Assembly: GCA_040218735.1 (NCBI GenBank)
Contig: JAVJQW010000038.1
Location: 238,562 to 302,561 of the forward strand
Source: Deltaproteobacteria bacterium
GTDB taxonomy: Bacteria > Myxococcota > Kuafuiibacteriia > Kuafuiibacteriales > Kuafuiibacteriaceae
Length of the DNA stretch: 64,000 bases
Direction of reading: 5' to 3'
A program made the position numbers and the translations under genes. The notes under the pieces were generated by a model. That model was not told the DNA's origin. It worked only from the letters and a program-made list of their open reading frames with translations, and did not search any database. Positions 30,521 through 40,798 of the stretch are shown one piece after another. Within the stretch, counting starts at the first letter, position 1, and the number at the start of each line of letters is the position of its first letter.

Positions 30521-31618
30521 ATGATCGTTGATCTGCAAGTCAACATCGAACACGACGGCGAGGCCGTCGACCCGGCCGCGCTCGTCTCGGGCGCGAAGGC
30601 CGCGGGCCTGGACGGCGTCGTCCTCCTCAAGGACGGCGAGCTGCGACCCGACGTCGCCTCCTACGCCGAAGCCGGCGAGGCCGAGGGCCTGCGCGTCTAC
30701 TCGGGCGCGCGCGTCGCGACGAACCACGGGTTGATCCTCTGCATCTTCCCCGAGTCCAATGTCGACCTGTCCGACGGCTGGGCCGAGATGGACGAGGACG
30801 TCTACGACGCGCACGCGTTGGTCGACGCGGTCGAGGAGCGGGGCGGCGTCACCGTCGCGCTGCGCCCCTACGACCGTGACGTCGCCAAGCCGATGGGCGA
30901 CCACCTCTTCGCGCTGCAAGGGCTCACCGCCTGTGAGGTCGCGAACGCGTCGGTCGCCGACGTCGCCAACGACCTCGCGCTCGAAGCCGCGTCCAACATG
31001 GAGATGCCGTGCGTCGGCTCGAGCGACGCCCAGGGCACGGACGGGCTCGGTACCACGGCCACGCTCTTCCGCGAGCCGGTCACCGACGCTGCGTCACTCT
31101 GCGAAGCGATCAAGGGCGGCGACTGCTGGCCGCTCGCCTTCTCCGATCGTGCACCGCCGCCCCCGAAGCGCGAGGAGCGCAGCGGCGGACGCGGTGGTCG
31201 TGGACGTCGCGGCGGTCGCGGGCGTGATCGTGATCGTGATCGTGAGGGCGGCGGCCGCGGTAACCGCGGCGGTCGTGGACGACGCGGCGGCGGCGGTGGT
31301 GGCGGCGGAGGCGGCGGCGGTGAGCGCGACGGCAACCGCGTGGACTACGTGCCGAACAGCGAGCGTGACGGCGGCCGAGGTGGTCGCGGGCGGCGCGGCG
31401 GACGTGGTCGCGGCCGCGGAGGTCCGAAGCGTCCGGACGATTACGGCAACCTCGTGCTCGAGCCGCCGAAGAACGTCAACATCGACGAGAACGCCGGCAA
31501 CCTGATCCGCCCGGATCATCAGGACAACATCGCCGAGGACATCGGCAACCGCCTCGCGCCCGGCGAGGCTTCGCCGTACCGGCCGCAGGCCCCCGAGGTC
31601 TACGACGACGAGGATTGA
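30521..31618 (+). CDS. PHP-domain protein lacking metal-binding histidines, with RGG-rich tail
   Basis: PHP barrel layout (IVDLQVN, GLDGVV, LRPY, SSDAQ) then RGGRGRRGGR repeats. Confidence 0.7.
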   Translation: MIVDLQVNIEHDGEAVDPAALVSGAKAAGLDGVVLLKDGELRPDVASYAEAGEAEGLRVYSGARVATNHGLILCIFPESNVDLSDGWAEMDEDVYDAHALVDAVEERGGVTVALRPYDRDVAKPMGDHLFALQGLTACEVANASVADVANDLALEAASNMEMPCVGSSDAQGTDGLGTTATLFREPVTDAASLCEAIKGGDCWPLAFSDRAPPPPKREERSGGRGGRGRRGGRGRDRDRDREGGGRGNRGGRGRRGGGGGGGGGGGGERDGNRVDYVPNSERDGGRGGRGRRGGRGRGRGGPKRPDDYGNLVLEPPKNVNIDENAGNLIRPDHQDNIAEDIGNRLAPGEASPYRPQAPEVYDDED

Positions 31619-31625
31619 GCCTCGC

Positions 31626-32360
31626 TCACGCGCGCGCCACGAAGCTGAACGAACCTTCGGTGAGGTCGACGACGTCGCCGGCCCACCGCCTCAGCACGAG
31701 CGAGCGCGCCTTCTGATAAGCCGAGAAGAGCCGCGAGTCCGTCATGGTCTCGAGCGGTCTCCCCTCGCCGAGCGCCCGGTGCGCTTCGGTGAGCAGGCCC
31801 TTCTCGATGAACACCGAGCTCGAACACAGGCGCGCGTGCGAGGCGATCTCCGTCTGCAGGCCGAGGTCGCGCTCGAGGCGACCGTCGATCACCTCGATGG
31901 CGCGCAGCATCTTGCCGGCGCGGTCGCGAATCACGAGCCCGGCCGTCGGGCGCTCCAGGTCCAACGCGGCTGAGAGCTGCCGGACGTCGCGGGCCGGCCC
32001 GGGCGCGCCCCACTTCGCGGGGATCGGCGCGGAGCCGAGGAGGGCGACGGCTTCACTGGCCCGTAGCCAGCGACGCTCGTCGGCGCTCAGCGTGATGGTG
32101 TGGACGGTGCGCGGCTCGATCCGCGCGAGGAAGTCGAACGCCGCCGCGGGCGCGTAGGGACCGATGCGTTGGCCGGCGAGGTCGGCCAGATAGATCGGGA
32201 GCGCCTCCGAAAGCCCCGGGAGGTCGCCCAGGTTCTTGTCGAAGGTGAGTAGCTCGAGCATCGCGAACGAGTCGTCCGGATCGACGCCATCGAGCGCATC
32301 GGCCACCGCGGGTTCCACGCCGCTCTCAACCCCCGGACGTGTGTCCATCATCCCGCTCAT
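31626..32360 (-). CDS. Hypothetical protein
   Basis: 244-aa ORF with host codon usage, co-oriented downstream of the kinase. Confidence 0.6.
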   Translation of the reverse strand: MSGMMDTRPGVESGVEPAVADALDGVDPDDSFAMLELLTFDKNLGDLPGLSEALPIYLADLAGQRIGPYAPAAAFDFLARIEPRTVHTITLSADERRWLRASEAVALLGSAPIPAKWGAPGPARDVRQLSAALDLERPTAGLVIRDRAGKMLRAIEVIDGRLERDLGLQTEIASHARLCSSSVFIEKGLLTEAHRALGEGRPLETMTDSRLFSAYQKARSLVLRRWAGDVVDLTEGSFSFVARA

Positions 32361-32403
32361 CGGCGATTCATCATGCGCCGGAAGCTTGGCGTTCGAAAGC
32401 GAG

Positions 32404-35400
32404 TCAGCCCGGGCAGAGGAGGGCCGCGTAACGGGGTGGGTTCTTGACCCCCATCTGACGGAGCGCGCGGTCGGCGTCCTCGACGAGGGTGTGTCCGGAG
32501 GACCGCCCGAGCGATTGTCCGCGCCGAAGTCGGCATACGGCGGCGTGGGCGCGCATCCCGGCGGCGTCGAAGCCTTCGGCGGCTTGTTCGAACAGCTCGG
32601 CCGCCTCGGCGGCGAGCCCGATGCCGCGGTTGGCCTGGCCGCGGATCATGAGGGCGGCGGCGATGGTCCAGGGGATGCCTTCCTTCTCCAGGCGGTCGGC
32701 GTCCTGGCGCGCGGCGGAGAGGAGCGGGCGGTGGTCGTCGGTGGTCGCGACGGCGGAGAGGGCGGCGCGCGCGCGGAGGAAGAGGGCCTCACACCGAATC
32801 ACCTTCACGCGGAGGATGTTGGAGGCGCGCAGCGGCTTCCAGGTCTTCGAGACCCGGCGCCACGCGCGTCGCCCCTGGCCGGTGTACATGTCGATCTGCA
32901 CGAGCGACGCGAGGGCCCACCAGTGGTGCAGGAAGAAGCCGGCCCGCACCGCCTCCGAGCGCGCGGTCTCGAGCTCGCGTTTCGCGAACGCCGGTTGGTC
33001 GGCCATTAGCAGCACCACGTTGGCGTTGCCGGACATCCTGAGGATCGTGCTCGCGTAGACGTTGTGGCGCGTGCGTGCGTCGTGGAGGGTCTCCTCCAGG
33101 ACGGCGTCGAGGCCCTCGACCTGCCCGAGGTACCCGCGTGCCCAGATGCCGAACGCCATCGCGGTGGTCAGCTCCCAGTCCACCCCGGTGCACTGCGACG
33201 ACAGGATCTCCACCGCCTCACGTGCGGCTTCGAGGGTCTCTTGCCAACGGGACTCGTGGTTCGAAGCGAGCACCCGTCCCAGCGCCGCAAACCCCCTGAC
33301 GTACGGCGCGTCGATGCGCTCCGCGAGCTCGTCGAGCAGGCCCACGACCTCTCGCGTTCGTTCCTCGCGAGGTTTGCCGTCGCTGGTGAGGAGCGCGAGC
33401 TCCCACGCGAGCGCGCGCGCGATGCGGTTCGGGTCGCCGGCTTCGAGGGAGAGGTAGAGGTAACGCGTCGTGAAAATGCCCGCGGTGAGCGGGTCGATCA
33501 TCGCGAGGCCGACGCACGCCGACCAGCACGCGTCGGCTTGCAGCAGCGTGTCGCGGTCCAGCTTGGAGCGCGGACGCTCCTCGAACGCGAGCCCCCGCTT
33601 CTTCAGGCGCGCGCGGTGCACGCGCGTCTCGGTCACCGCGCGCTGCGGTGAGTCGGGGAGCACCATCTCGTACGCGCTGAGCACTTCGTCGAGCACGCGC
33701 ATCCCTTCGATGACCTTGCCGAAGCGGAGGAACTGTTCGGCCGCGCGCCGCTTCATCTCCAAAGCGTGGGTCTTCGACGGCGCCTCGGCGGCGGTCTCGA
33801 GGTAGGCGTCGGCGGCGTCCGCGCGGCCCGCGGTCTCGAGCGCCTTCGCGTGCTCCTTGAACAGCTCGTAGCGAGACTTGTCGTTCGAGGACAGCTCGAT
33901 GGCTTTGCTCGACAGCGCGGCGGCCTGGTCGAACGCGAGCGCGTCGTACGATCGATTCGCGGCGCGGCGTGCGGCGTGCGCGGCTTCGTCGTTCTGTCCC
34001 GACTGCACGAGGTGCTCGACGACGAACGTCGGATCGACCTCCTCCTCGACGCCGTACGCGCGCGCGATGGCGAGGTGTTTGTTCTTGAGCTCGTCCGCCG
34101 GGAGGCGCTCGCGCACCGAGAGACGAATGCGATCGTGGTAACACTCGATCTCGTCCCCCGCCGCGGTCGGTCGCGTGCGCGCGAGGTGTTGCGTGATCAA
34201 CAGCGCCGGCGCCGCGTAGTCGCGTGGGTCGAGGCCCGCCGCGCGGTTCGCGACGTCGCGCGGGAGCGGACGTCCCGCCACGGCGAGGACCTCGAGGAGA
34301 CGACGTGCTTCGCGCGGCAACCCGGCGACGCGTTTGTGCACGGCCTCGTCCAGCGTGAGCCGCGGCTTCACCGACGGCTCCTTTACTTCACTCGCCCGCT
34401 CGGCGTGTGCGTGGCGCGCGAGCTCGAAGATGAACAGCGGGCTACCGCGGGACTCACTCGCGATCGTGCGCGCGCGTTTCTCGAGCTCGTCGGCGGGCAG
34501 GGCCGGGACGGTGGCGCGCACGGCGGCGGCGTCGTCCGCCCGCGGTGGGGCGTCGGGCTCGCTCAGCATCGCTCGGGCGAGCGCGAGCGCGGCGTCGTCT
34601 TCGAGCGGACCGACGCGGAGCTCGTCCACCTCGAAGGCTTCGTCGGTCGGCGCGCGGAGCACGCGGAGGAGGCGGTTCGCGTCGCGGTCGTCGGTGCGGT
34701 ACGCGGCGACGAGCATCAGCGGCGGCGCGGCCGGCGGGCGGAGCAAGTCCATCAGCAGCTCGGCGCTGTCGGTGTCGCCGAAGTGCAGGTCGTCGAGGAA
34801 CAGCACCACAGGGCGTTCCTTCGTCAGCGCCGCGAGCAACCCGCGGAACGCGGCAAACGCGCGCGTGCGGAGCTCCATCGGATCCGGCGCGGTGGCCTGC
34901 TGCGACGAGATGCCGTGGATGACGTCGACGCGGTTGAGCACCGGGAACACACGCGCGAGCGCGCCGATGCCCTCCGGCAGCAGCGCCTTCACCTCGTCGT
35001 CGCTGCGGCGCCTCAGGGCGCGGCTGATGCCGTCGACGAGGCTGTCGAGCGCCTTGAACGGGACGAGCTCGTGTTCGTAGCAGCGCCCGGCGAAGACGTG
35101 CGCGCGACCGCGGTCGCGGAGGTCTTCGAGGAAGCTCCTTACGAGGGTGGTCTTGCCGATCCCCGCGGCCCCCGACACGTGCAGCACGACGGGGCGTCCG
35201 CTCTCGAGGCGCGCGAAGGCGTTCTCCAGCGCCTCGGCGTGGCGCTCACGTCCGACGAGGCGAGGCCCCGGGTCGAGCGCGGGCCGCGCGTACGCCGGCG
35301 TCGCGAGGTGCGGGACGCGGCCCCCCAGGCGCTCGAGGATCTCGCGTCCGATCGGGCGCTGTTTGGGATCCGTACGCAACAGATCTGCCGCGAGCTGCAC

Positions 35401-36267
35401 GAGGTCGCGCGGGAGCTCACTCTGCAGCTCACTCGCGAGCGGCGGCTCGCGTTGCTGTTTGTCGTAGACGACCTGGTAGAGCGTCCCGGTGAAGGGGAGG
35501 CGCCCGGTGAGCGCGCGGAACAGCATGACCCCGACGCTGTACCAGTCGCCGGCCTTCGAGCTCGGCGCGCCGCCCGCTTGCTCCGGCGGCATGTACGCGA
35601 CGGTGCCGACCATCGACTCCATGCGGCTCTTGTCGAGCGAGTCCTCGTCGATGTCGGTCGCGAGCCCGAAGTCCAAGATGACCACGCGCTCCTGCGCGAT
35701 CATCACGTTGGAGGGTTTGAGATCGCGGTGCAGCTTGCCGGCGTCGTGGAGCGCGACGAGGCCCTCGGCGAGGCGCGTCAGCGCGTGGCGCAGGCGGTCG
35801 ATGTGGAGCGGCGGTGGCTCCTGGCCGAGGAGCGCCTGGGTCGAGTCGTCGACGGTGATGTCGGCGGGGTCGATCGTGATGTCGAGCGACTTCGTCTTGG
35901 ACGCGGCGTCGACGAGCGCCGCGGTCGGTGCGGTCTTCGGATCGACGGCGTCGGAGCCGGGGCGCACGTACTCCAGGAACCCGACGCCCTCGACGAGCTC
36001 CATCGTGTAGAACCACGTGTCGCCCTCGGACACGAGCTCGTGCAGGGTGACGAGGTTCGGGTGGCTGACGTCGGCGAGCGCGCGGAACTCGCGCTTGAAG
36101 CGGTAGATCGCGCCGGGGCTCAGGCGGAGCAACGTCTTGAGTGCGACGGTCGCGGCGCGTTTGCGATCGTAGACTTCGTAGACGACGCCCATGCCGCCTT
36201 CGCCGATGCGGCGCTGAACGCGGTACCGGTCGGTGCCCGCGAACTCGTGCGGCTTGAGGTCGGCCAC
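32404..36267 (-). CDS. Ser/Thr protein kinase with AAA/STAND-like ATPase and helical repeats
   Basis: GEGGMG, HRDLKPSN, DFG, YMPPEQ; Walker A GAAGIGKT; Walker B LFLDDLH. Confidence 0.92.
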   Translation of the reverse strand: MADLKPHEFAGTDRYRVQRRIGEGGMGVVYEVYDRKRAATVALKTLLRLSPGAIYRFKREFRALADVSHPNLVTLHELVSEGDTWFYTMELVEGVGFLEYVRPGSDAVDPKTAPTAALVDAASKTKSLDITIDPADITVDDSTQALLGQEPPPLHIDRLRHALTRLAEGLVALHDAGKLHRDLKPSNVMIAQERVVILDFGLATDIDEDSLDKSRMESMVGTVAYMPPEQAGGAPSSKAGDWYSVGVMLFRALTGRLPFTGTLYQVVYDKQQREPPLASELQSELPRDLVQLAADLLRTDPKQRPIGREILERLGGRVPHLATPAYARPALDPGPRLVGRERHAEALENAFARLESGRPVVLHVSGAAGIGKTTLVRSFLEDLRDRGRAHVFAGRCYEHELVPFKALDSLVDGISRALRRRSDDEVKALLPEGIGALARVFPVLNRVDVIHGISSQQATAPDPMELRTRAFAAFRGLLAALTKERPVVLFLDDLHFGDTDSAELLMDLLRPPAAPPLMLVAAYRTDDRDANRLLRVLRAPTDEAFEVDELRVGPLEDDAALALARAMLSEPDAPPRADDAAAVRATVPALPADELEKRARTIASESRGSPLFIFELARHAHAERASEVKEPSVKPRLTLDEAVHKRVAGLPREARRLLEVLAVAGRPLPRDVANRAAGLDPRDYAAPALLITQHLARTRPTAAGDEIECYHDRIRLSVRERLPADELKNKHLAIARAYGVEEEVDPTFVVEHLVQSGQNDEAAHAARRAANRSYDALAFDQAAALSSKAIELSSNDKSRYELFKEHAKALETAGRADAADAYLETAAEAPSKTHALEMKRRAAEQFLRFGKVIEGMRVLDEVLSAYEMVLPDSPQRAVTETRVHRARLKKRGLAFEERPRSKLDRDTLLQADACWSACVGLAMIDPLTAGIFTTRYLYLSLEAGDPNRIARALAWELALLTSDGKPREERTREVVGLLDELAERIDAPYVRGFAALGRVLASNHESRWQETLEAAREAVEILSSQCTGVDWELTTAMAFGIWARGYLGQVEGLDAVLEETLHDARTRHNVYASTILRMSGNANVVLLMADQPAFAKRELETARSEAVRAGFFLHHWWALASLVQIDMYTGQGRRAWRRVSKTWKPLRASNILRVKVIRCEALFLRARAALSAVATTDDHRPLLSAARQDADRLEKEGIPWTIAAALMIRGQANRGIGLAAEAAELFEQAAEGFDAAGMRAHAAVCRLRRGQSLGRSSGHTLVEDADRALRQMGVKNPPRYAALLCPG

Positions 36268-36274
36268 GGCGTGT

Positions 36275-38521
36275 TCAGTCGTCGCCGGCGTAGCGTGCCT
36301 TCAGCAGGTAGGCGGCACACTCCGCGGTGCACGGCTTGGCGTAGCCGAAGCGCGACTCCATGACCTCGATGGTACGTTCGGCGGCCTTGCGCGTCTCGTC
36401 GCGGACGTTTTTGTCGTTCTCGTCCACCAGCAGGTCGAGGAGCGCACGGAGGTTCTTCGCGATGACCTTCCGCTGCTTCGCGAAGTAGTCGGACTCCATC
36501 TTGTCGATGTAACCGGCGAACAGCTCGCGGTAGTTCGGCTTGTCGCCCTGGTGATCGAGGCTCCACGCGCCGATGCGGTTGATGATCGAGTGGCGGAAGT
36601 CGTCGCGGCTCTCCCCCTCGGCGAGGATCAACGACTCGACCTCGGACATCAGCTCGGTGTCCGGGTCGACGTACTTGCCGGTGATCTTGTCGAGGAGCTT
36701 CTCCTTCTTCACGAAGTGCGAGACGTGGACGATGTACTTGGTGAACAGCTCCTCGTACTTCGCTTCTTCGACGAGGCCCATGCTCGTCCGAACCTCGTCG
36801 TCGAGGAGATCCAGCCACCAGTCGTGCACCGCGTGGATGAAGTGGGCGTTCTCGTGGAAGCCGTGCCGCGGCTCCTGCTTGAGGAAGTCGTACAGCGACG
36901 GGTCGCTCACCAGCTCGCGTAGCTCGTCGAACACCGGGAGCGGGCTGAGGCAGCGGTACTCGGGGCGGTGCGCGGCGTTGAGGATCAGCGTGCGGATCTC
37001 ACGCGCAGAGGCGCCGAGCTGACCTTCGTAGCGCGCGACGTTCTTGTACTCGTCCTCGATCGTCGACACCGCGCGCAGCAACTCGCGAGCTTCGTTGGCG
37101 CTGCACCACGACGGGACGGTGGCGTCGTCGTAGAGCCGCAGCTTCTCGATCGGCGAGAGGCGCTTCATCGTCTCCTGGATCTTGTCGTCGTAGTGCTCCG
37201 GGTTCGGCCACTTGAGGCGCGTGAGCACCGCCCACATCGCGGCGACCTCCACGACGTGTGGCGCGAGCGGCTTCGCGATCGTGGCGTCGGTGATCTGCCG
37301 TTCGTAGATCTGGATCTCGTCGGAGTAGCGACGCAGGTACGGCACGCGCACCAGCTCGATGCGGCCCTTGAAGCTGTTCCAGTCCGGGTGCTGCTTGAAC
37401 GCCGCGAGCTGGTCTTCGTTGCTCGACGCCACGAGCAGCTCGTCGAGCAGGATCTTGAAGTGGGGGAGGGAGGCGGTCGCTTCCTCGCTCGTGGAGAGGA
37501 GGTACTTGAACGCTTCGACCGGTCTCTTCAGTAGATCGGCGAACTCCAACATCCCGCGGTTGGCGTTCACGAGCGGACCGCCGATCTCGAACAGCGGCAC
37601 CGACTGGAGCGCACGCGGCAGGTTCGCGATGGAGCGGTCGGCGGTGAGCTGACGTGCGTCGGCGTCGACGTGCATCTGCGGCTCGACCGTCGCGACGCCC
37701 TTGCCGTAGGACACCGACACGTAGAAGCGCTCCACCTGCACGTGTTTCAGCACCTTGGCGTGGTCGCCGTCGTTCGCCATGAGGAGCGCGTCGTAGATCG
37801 CGCGGTCGCGGGGCGAGAGGTCGCCCTGCAGGATGTACTTCGAGATCACGAAGTCATCGGGGAGGCGGCCCTCCTCGCGGAGCTTGGCGATCAGCTTCGC
37901 GCGCTGCGGCTTGGGGAGGAAGAAGATCGGGTGGTCGCGCAGCTCGCAGGGGAGGCGCGCGTCGATCTGGTCGGAGCCGAGGTGGGCGTAGCTGCTGCTG
38001 ACGTCGGCGCGGTCGTCGCGCGAGGCGCCGAAGCCGAGCGTGGTCTTCTCGATCTTCTCGGAGGGGAAGATCCACGCGTACGAGTACAGCGCGCCCTCGG
38101 AAGTATGGGAGTAGTGCTCCATCGCCGACTGCACGCAGTGGATGATCGAGCTCTTCGCGGAGCCGTTCGGGCCGTGCAGGAGGATGAGGCGGGAGACCTT
38201 GCCGTCGCGGACGAAGTTCGTGACGAGCCGGTAGATCTCCTGCTGCACCGGCTCTTGGCCGGCGACCCGGCCGTCGCCGTCCGCCCAGGGCGCGTCGAAC
38301 AGGTTGTAGCGCGTGACCTTGCCGCGGGGGAGGGCGCGCTCCGTCGCTCCGTAGTGGTGGAAGACGTCGCGGACGTACTGCATCGCCCCGCGGAGGTTGG
38401 CTGCGGGTTTTTCGAGCAGCAGCTCGAGCCACTCGCCGTAGCCGAGGATGGTGCGGTCTTCGTCGAACGTGTGTTTGACGTCCGACGAGAGCTGCTTCAG
38501 CACATCGCGCGCTTCAGTCAC
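36275..38521 (-). CDS. prkA: PrkA family serine kinase / AAA+ protein
   Basis: LHGPNGSAKSS, GPLVNANRGMLEFADLLKRP, GASAREIR. Confidence 0.88.
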   Translation of the reverse strand: MTEARDVLKQLSSDVKHTFDEDRTILGYGEWLELLLEKPAANLRGAMQYVRDVFHHYGATERALPRGKVTRYNLFDAPWADGDGRVAGQEPVQQEIYRLVTNFVRDGKVSRLILLHGPNGSAKSSIIHCVQSAMEHYSHTSEGALYSYAWIFPSEKIEKTTLGFGASRDDRADVSSSYAHLGSDQIDARLPCELRDHPIFFLPKPQRAKLIAKLREEGRLPDDFVISKYILQGDLSPRDRAIYDALLMANDGDHAKVLKHVQVERFYVSVSYGKGVATVEPQMHVDADARQLTADRSIANLPRALQSVPLFEIGGPLVNANRGMLEFADLLKRPVEAFKYLLSTSEEATASLPHFKILLDELLVASSNEDQLAAFKQHPDWNSFKGRIELVRVPYLRRYSDEIQIYERQITDATIAKPLAPHVVEVAAMWAVLTRLKWPNPEHYDDKIQETMKRLSPIEKLRLYDDATVPSWCSANEARELLRAVSTIEDEYKNVARYEGQLGASAREIRTLILNAAHRPEYRCLSPLPVFDELRELVSDPSLYDFLKQEPRHGFHENAHFIHAVHDWWLDLLDDEVRTSMGLVEEAKYEELFTKYIVHVSHFVKKEKLLDKITGKYVDPDTELMSEVESLILAEGESRDDFRHSIINRIGAWSLDHQGDKPNYRELFAGYIDKMESDYFAKQRKVIAKNLRALLDLLVDENDKNVRDETRKAAERTIEVMESRFGYAKPCTAECAAYLLKARYAGDD

Positions 38522-38568
38522 ACCGCGAGGTTTAACATCGACCCGACGACGGCGCGACGCGCGCGCGG

Positions 38569-38865
38569 TCAAGGTTGCCGGGCGATGCCCACGACCACGG
38601 CGATGACGAAGAACCCGACGCAGGCGAGGACGGTCCACAGGGCGCCCTTTTCGGGTTTGGTCGCGGCGATGAAGTCGCCGGCGCGTTTGCGGTCGGCCTC
38701 CGAGAGGGACGTGTCGGCCTGTTTTTCGCCGAGCGCGGCGCGGGCGGCCGGGTAGTCGCCGCCGGCGAAGAGGTCGATCGCCCGGCTGAGCGGGTCGGGG
38801 CCGCCGTCCGTCCGCTTCTGCTGCGGGAGGTCTTTGCCCTTCTTCTTCTTCTTCGACTTCGCCAT
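38569..38865 (-). CDS. Small hypothetical protein with C-terminal TM helix
   Basis: Lys-rich N-terminus, GDYPAARA, hydrophobic C-terminus. Confidence 0.7.
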   Translation of the reverse strand: MAKSKKKKKGKDLPQQKRTDGGPDPLSRAIDLFAGGDYPAARAALGEKQADTSLSEADRKRAGDFIAATKPEKGALWTVLACVGFFVIAVVVGIARQP

Positions 38866-38936
38866 GGCCTACGCCCCTACTCCACCTACTGAACGCAGAT
38901 CCAGCGCTAAGTGTGCGATCTAAAACGGCGGAAGCC

Positions 38937-38965
38937 TTGACGGTCTTCCCGGGACCCCCTACTTT
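38937..38965 (+). promoter_or_regulatory. Sigma70-type promoter of the dcw operon
   Basis: TTGACG (38937-42), 17-bp spacer, TACTTT (38960-65). Confidence 0.7.
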
Positions 38966-38973
38966 CCCTCTTG

Positions 38974-39018
38974 GTGGTGGAAAGTGGTGCGAAGTGGCTC
39001 GTATGAGCCGCGAAGTGG
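38974..39018 (+). promoter_or_regulatory. MraZ binding repeats
   Basis: GTGG at 38974, 38984 and 38994 (10-bp period) and at 39015, directly upstream of mraZ. Confidence 0.8.
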
Positions 39019-39051
39019 ATCATCTTTCCTAATTTTCTCCAAGGCGAGTCC

Positions 39052-39501
39052 ATGTTCCGCGGTCGCTACGAACACAACGTCGATGCGAAGGGTCGCCTCG
39101 CGTTGCCGTCGAGTTACCGGCGTCTCCTCGCGGACGCCGGCGCGGACCACCTCGTCGTCACCACGCACATCTCGGATCCGTGTCTCGTCGCGTACCCGCC
39201 CGACGAGTGGGCGGCGTTCGAGAAGCAGCTCGCGAAGCGGCCGCAGTTCAACGAAGGCGTGATGCTGATGCGCCGGCTCTACGTCGGCAACGCGCACGAC
39301 TGCGGCATCGACAAGCAGGGGCGGATCCTTCTGCCGCCGACGCACCGCGCGTACGCGAAGCTCGAGAAGGGCGCGTGCTGGGTCGGCGGGATCCGCACGC
39401 TCGAGATCTGGGCGGCCGACGCCTGGCAGGACGACGTCGAAGGTCAGCGCAACAAGGTCGGTCCGCAGATCTTGTCGCAGCTGTCGGAGCTCGGAATCTG
39501 A
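39052..39501 (+). CDS. mraZ: Division/cell wall transcriptional repressor MraZ
   Basis: MFRGRYEHNVDAKGRLALP; DKQGRILLP. Confidence 0.97.
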   Translation: MFRGRYEHNVDAKGRLALPSSYRRLLADAGADHLVVTTHISDPCLVAYPPDEWAAFEKQLAKRPQFNEGVMLMRRLYVGNAHDCGIDKQGRILLPPTHRAYAKLEKGACWVGGIRTLEIWAADAWQDDVEGQRNKVGPQILSQLSELGI

Positions 39502-40454
39502 TGGCCATCCACGCGTCCGTCCTCCTGCAGGAAGTCGTCTCCGGCATCGCGCCGAAGTCCGGCGGCGTCTACCTCGACGCGACGTGCGGGCTCGGCGGTC
39601 ACACCGAAGCGATCCTCGAAGCGTGCAACCCGGACGGTCGTGTGCTCGCCGTCGATCGTGATCCGCAGGCGATCGAGATGGCGAGCGGTCGCCTCGCGCG
39701 CTTCGGTTCGCGCGTCGAGATCGTCGAGGGCGACTTCTCGGACCTGCGCGTCTACGCGGAGGCGAGTGATTCGTTCCCGGCGGACGGCGTCGTCGCGGAT
39801 CTCGGGGTCTCGTCGTTGCAGCTCGATGACGCCGCGCGCGGCTTCTCGTTCATGCGCGAGGGGCCGCTCGACATGCGCATGGGCCCGGGCGTCGGACAGA
39901 CCGCGGCGGAGATGCTCGAAGAGTTCGATTGGCGGAGCCTCATGGAGGTCCTCAAGAAGTTCGGCGAGGTGCAGCGCCCGCGACAGGTCGCCGAGGCGAT
40001 CATCAACGCGCGCGACGCCGGAAAGCTCGCGACGACCGCGGACCTCGCGCAGGTGGTCGAGAAGGCGATCGGCGGGCGCAAGACGACGCCGATCCACCCC
40101 GCGACGCGCGCTTTCCAGGCGATTCGCATCGCGGTGAACCGCGAGCTCGACGAGCTGGATCGCCTCCTCGACGAGCTGCCGAACCTGGTGCGCCCGGGCG
40201 GGCGCGTCGCGATCATCGCGTTCCATTCATTGGAAGACCGGCTGGTGAAGTACGCGTTCTCGGATCCGGAGCCCGAGCCTCAGCCGCACCGTCTCCCGGT
40301 GGAGCCCAAGCGGGTGAAGGGCCCGTGGGAGGCGTTGACGAAGAAACCGATCACCCCGTCGGCGGCGGAGCTCGCGGACAACCCGCGGGCGCGGAGCGCA
40401 AAGCTGCGCGTCGCGCGCCGGCGGACGGAAGAAGAGATGGAGGTCGAAGCGTGA
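39501..40454 (+). CDS. rsmH: 16S rRNA m4C1402 methyltransferase
   Basis: HASVLL, DATCGLGGH, DLGVSSLQLD, PLDMRM, HPATRAFQAIRI, NPRARSAKLR. Confidence 0.97.
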   Translation: MAIHASVLLQEVVSGIAPKSGGVYLDATCGLGGHTEAILEACNPDGRVLAVDRDPQAIEMASGRLARFGSRVEIVEGDFSDLRVYAEASDSFPADGVVADLGVSSLQLDDAARGFSFMREGPLDMRMGPGVGQTAAEMLEEFDWRSLMEVLKKFGEVQRPRQVAEAIINARDAGKLATTADLAQVVEKAIGGRKTTPIHPATRAFQAIRIAVNRELDELDRLLDELPNLVRPGGRVAIIAFHSLEDRLVKYAFSDPEPEPQPHRLPVEPKRVKGPWEALTKKPITPSAAELADNPRARSAKLRVARRRTEEEMEVEA

Positions 40455-40798
40455 AGAAGAAGAACCGTGGCCTCCGTGGCTTCACAAACGACGTGCTCGG
40501 CCTCTCCGCGCTCGGCCCGGTGGGCCGCGCCATCCTCATCGCCATCCCGGTGACGGCGGCGGCGCTGTTCTACGTGTGGACGCACATCGAGTCGGTGCGG
40601 CTCGGCTACGAGCTGTCGGACGCGGCCGAAGCCCACGAAGTGCTGTTCGAGCGGAACAAGTCGCTCAAGGTCGACGTCGCCGCGCACAAGGCGCCGCAGC
40701 GCTTGGAGCGCATGGGTAAGAAGTACGGGCTGCGCCCGCCGCGCCCGGAGCAGATCATTCGGGTCGACGGTGACGACTCGGCGGGGGCGCGGCCGTGA
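40451..40798 (+). CDS. ftsL: Cell division protein FtsL
   Basis: Position in dcw cluster; single TM, coiled coil, P.RLE...GL..P...QI. Confidence 0.85.
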   Translation: MKKKNRGLRGFTNDVLGLSALGPVGRAILIAIPVTAAALFYVWTHIESVRLGYELSDAAEAHEVLFERNKSLKVDVAAHKAPQRLERMGKKYGLRPPRPEQIIRVDGDDSAGARP

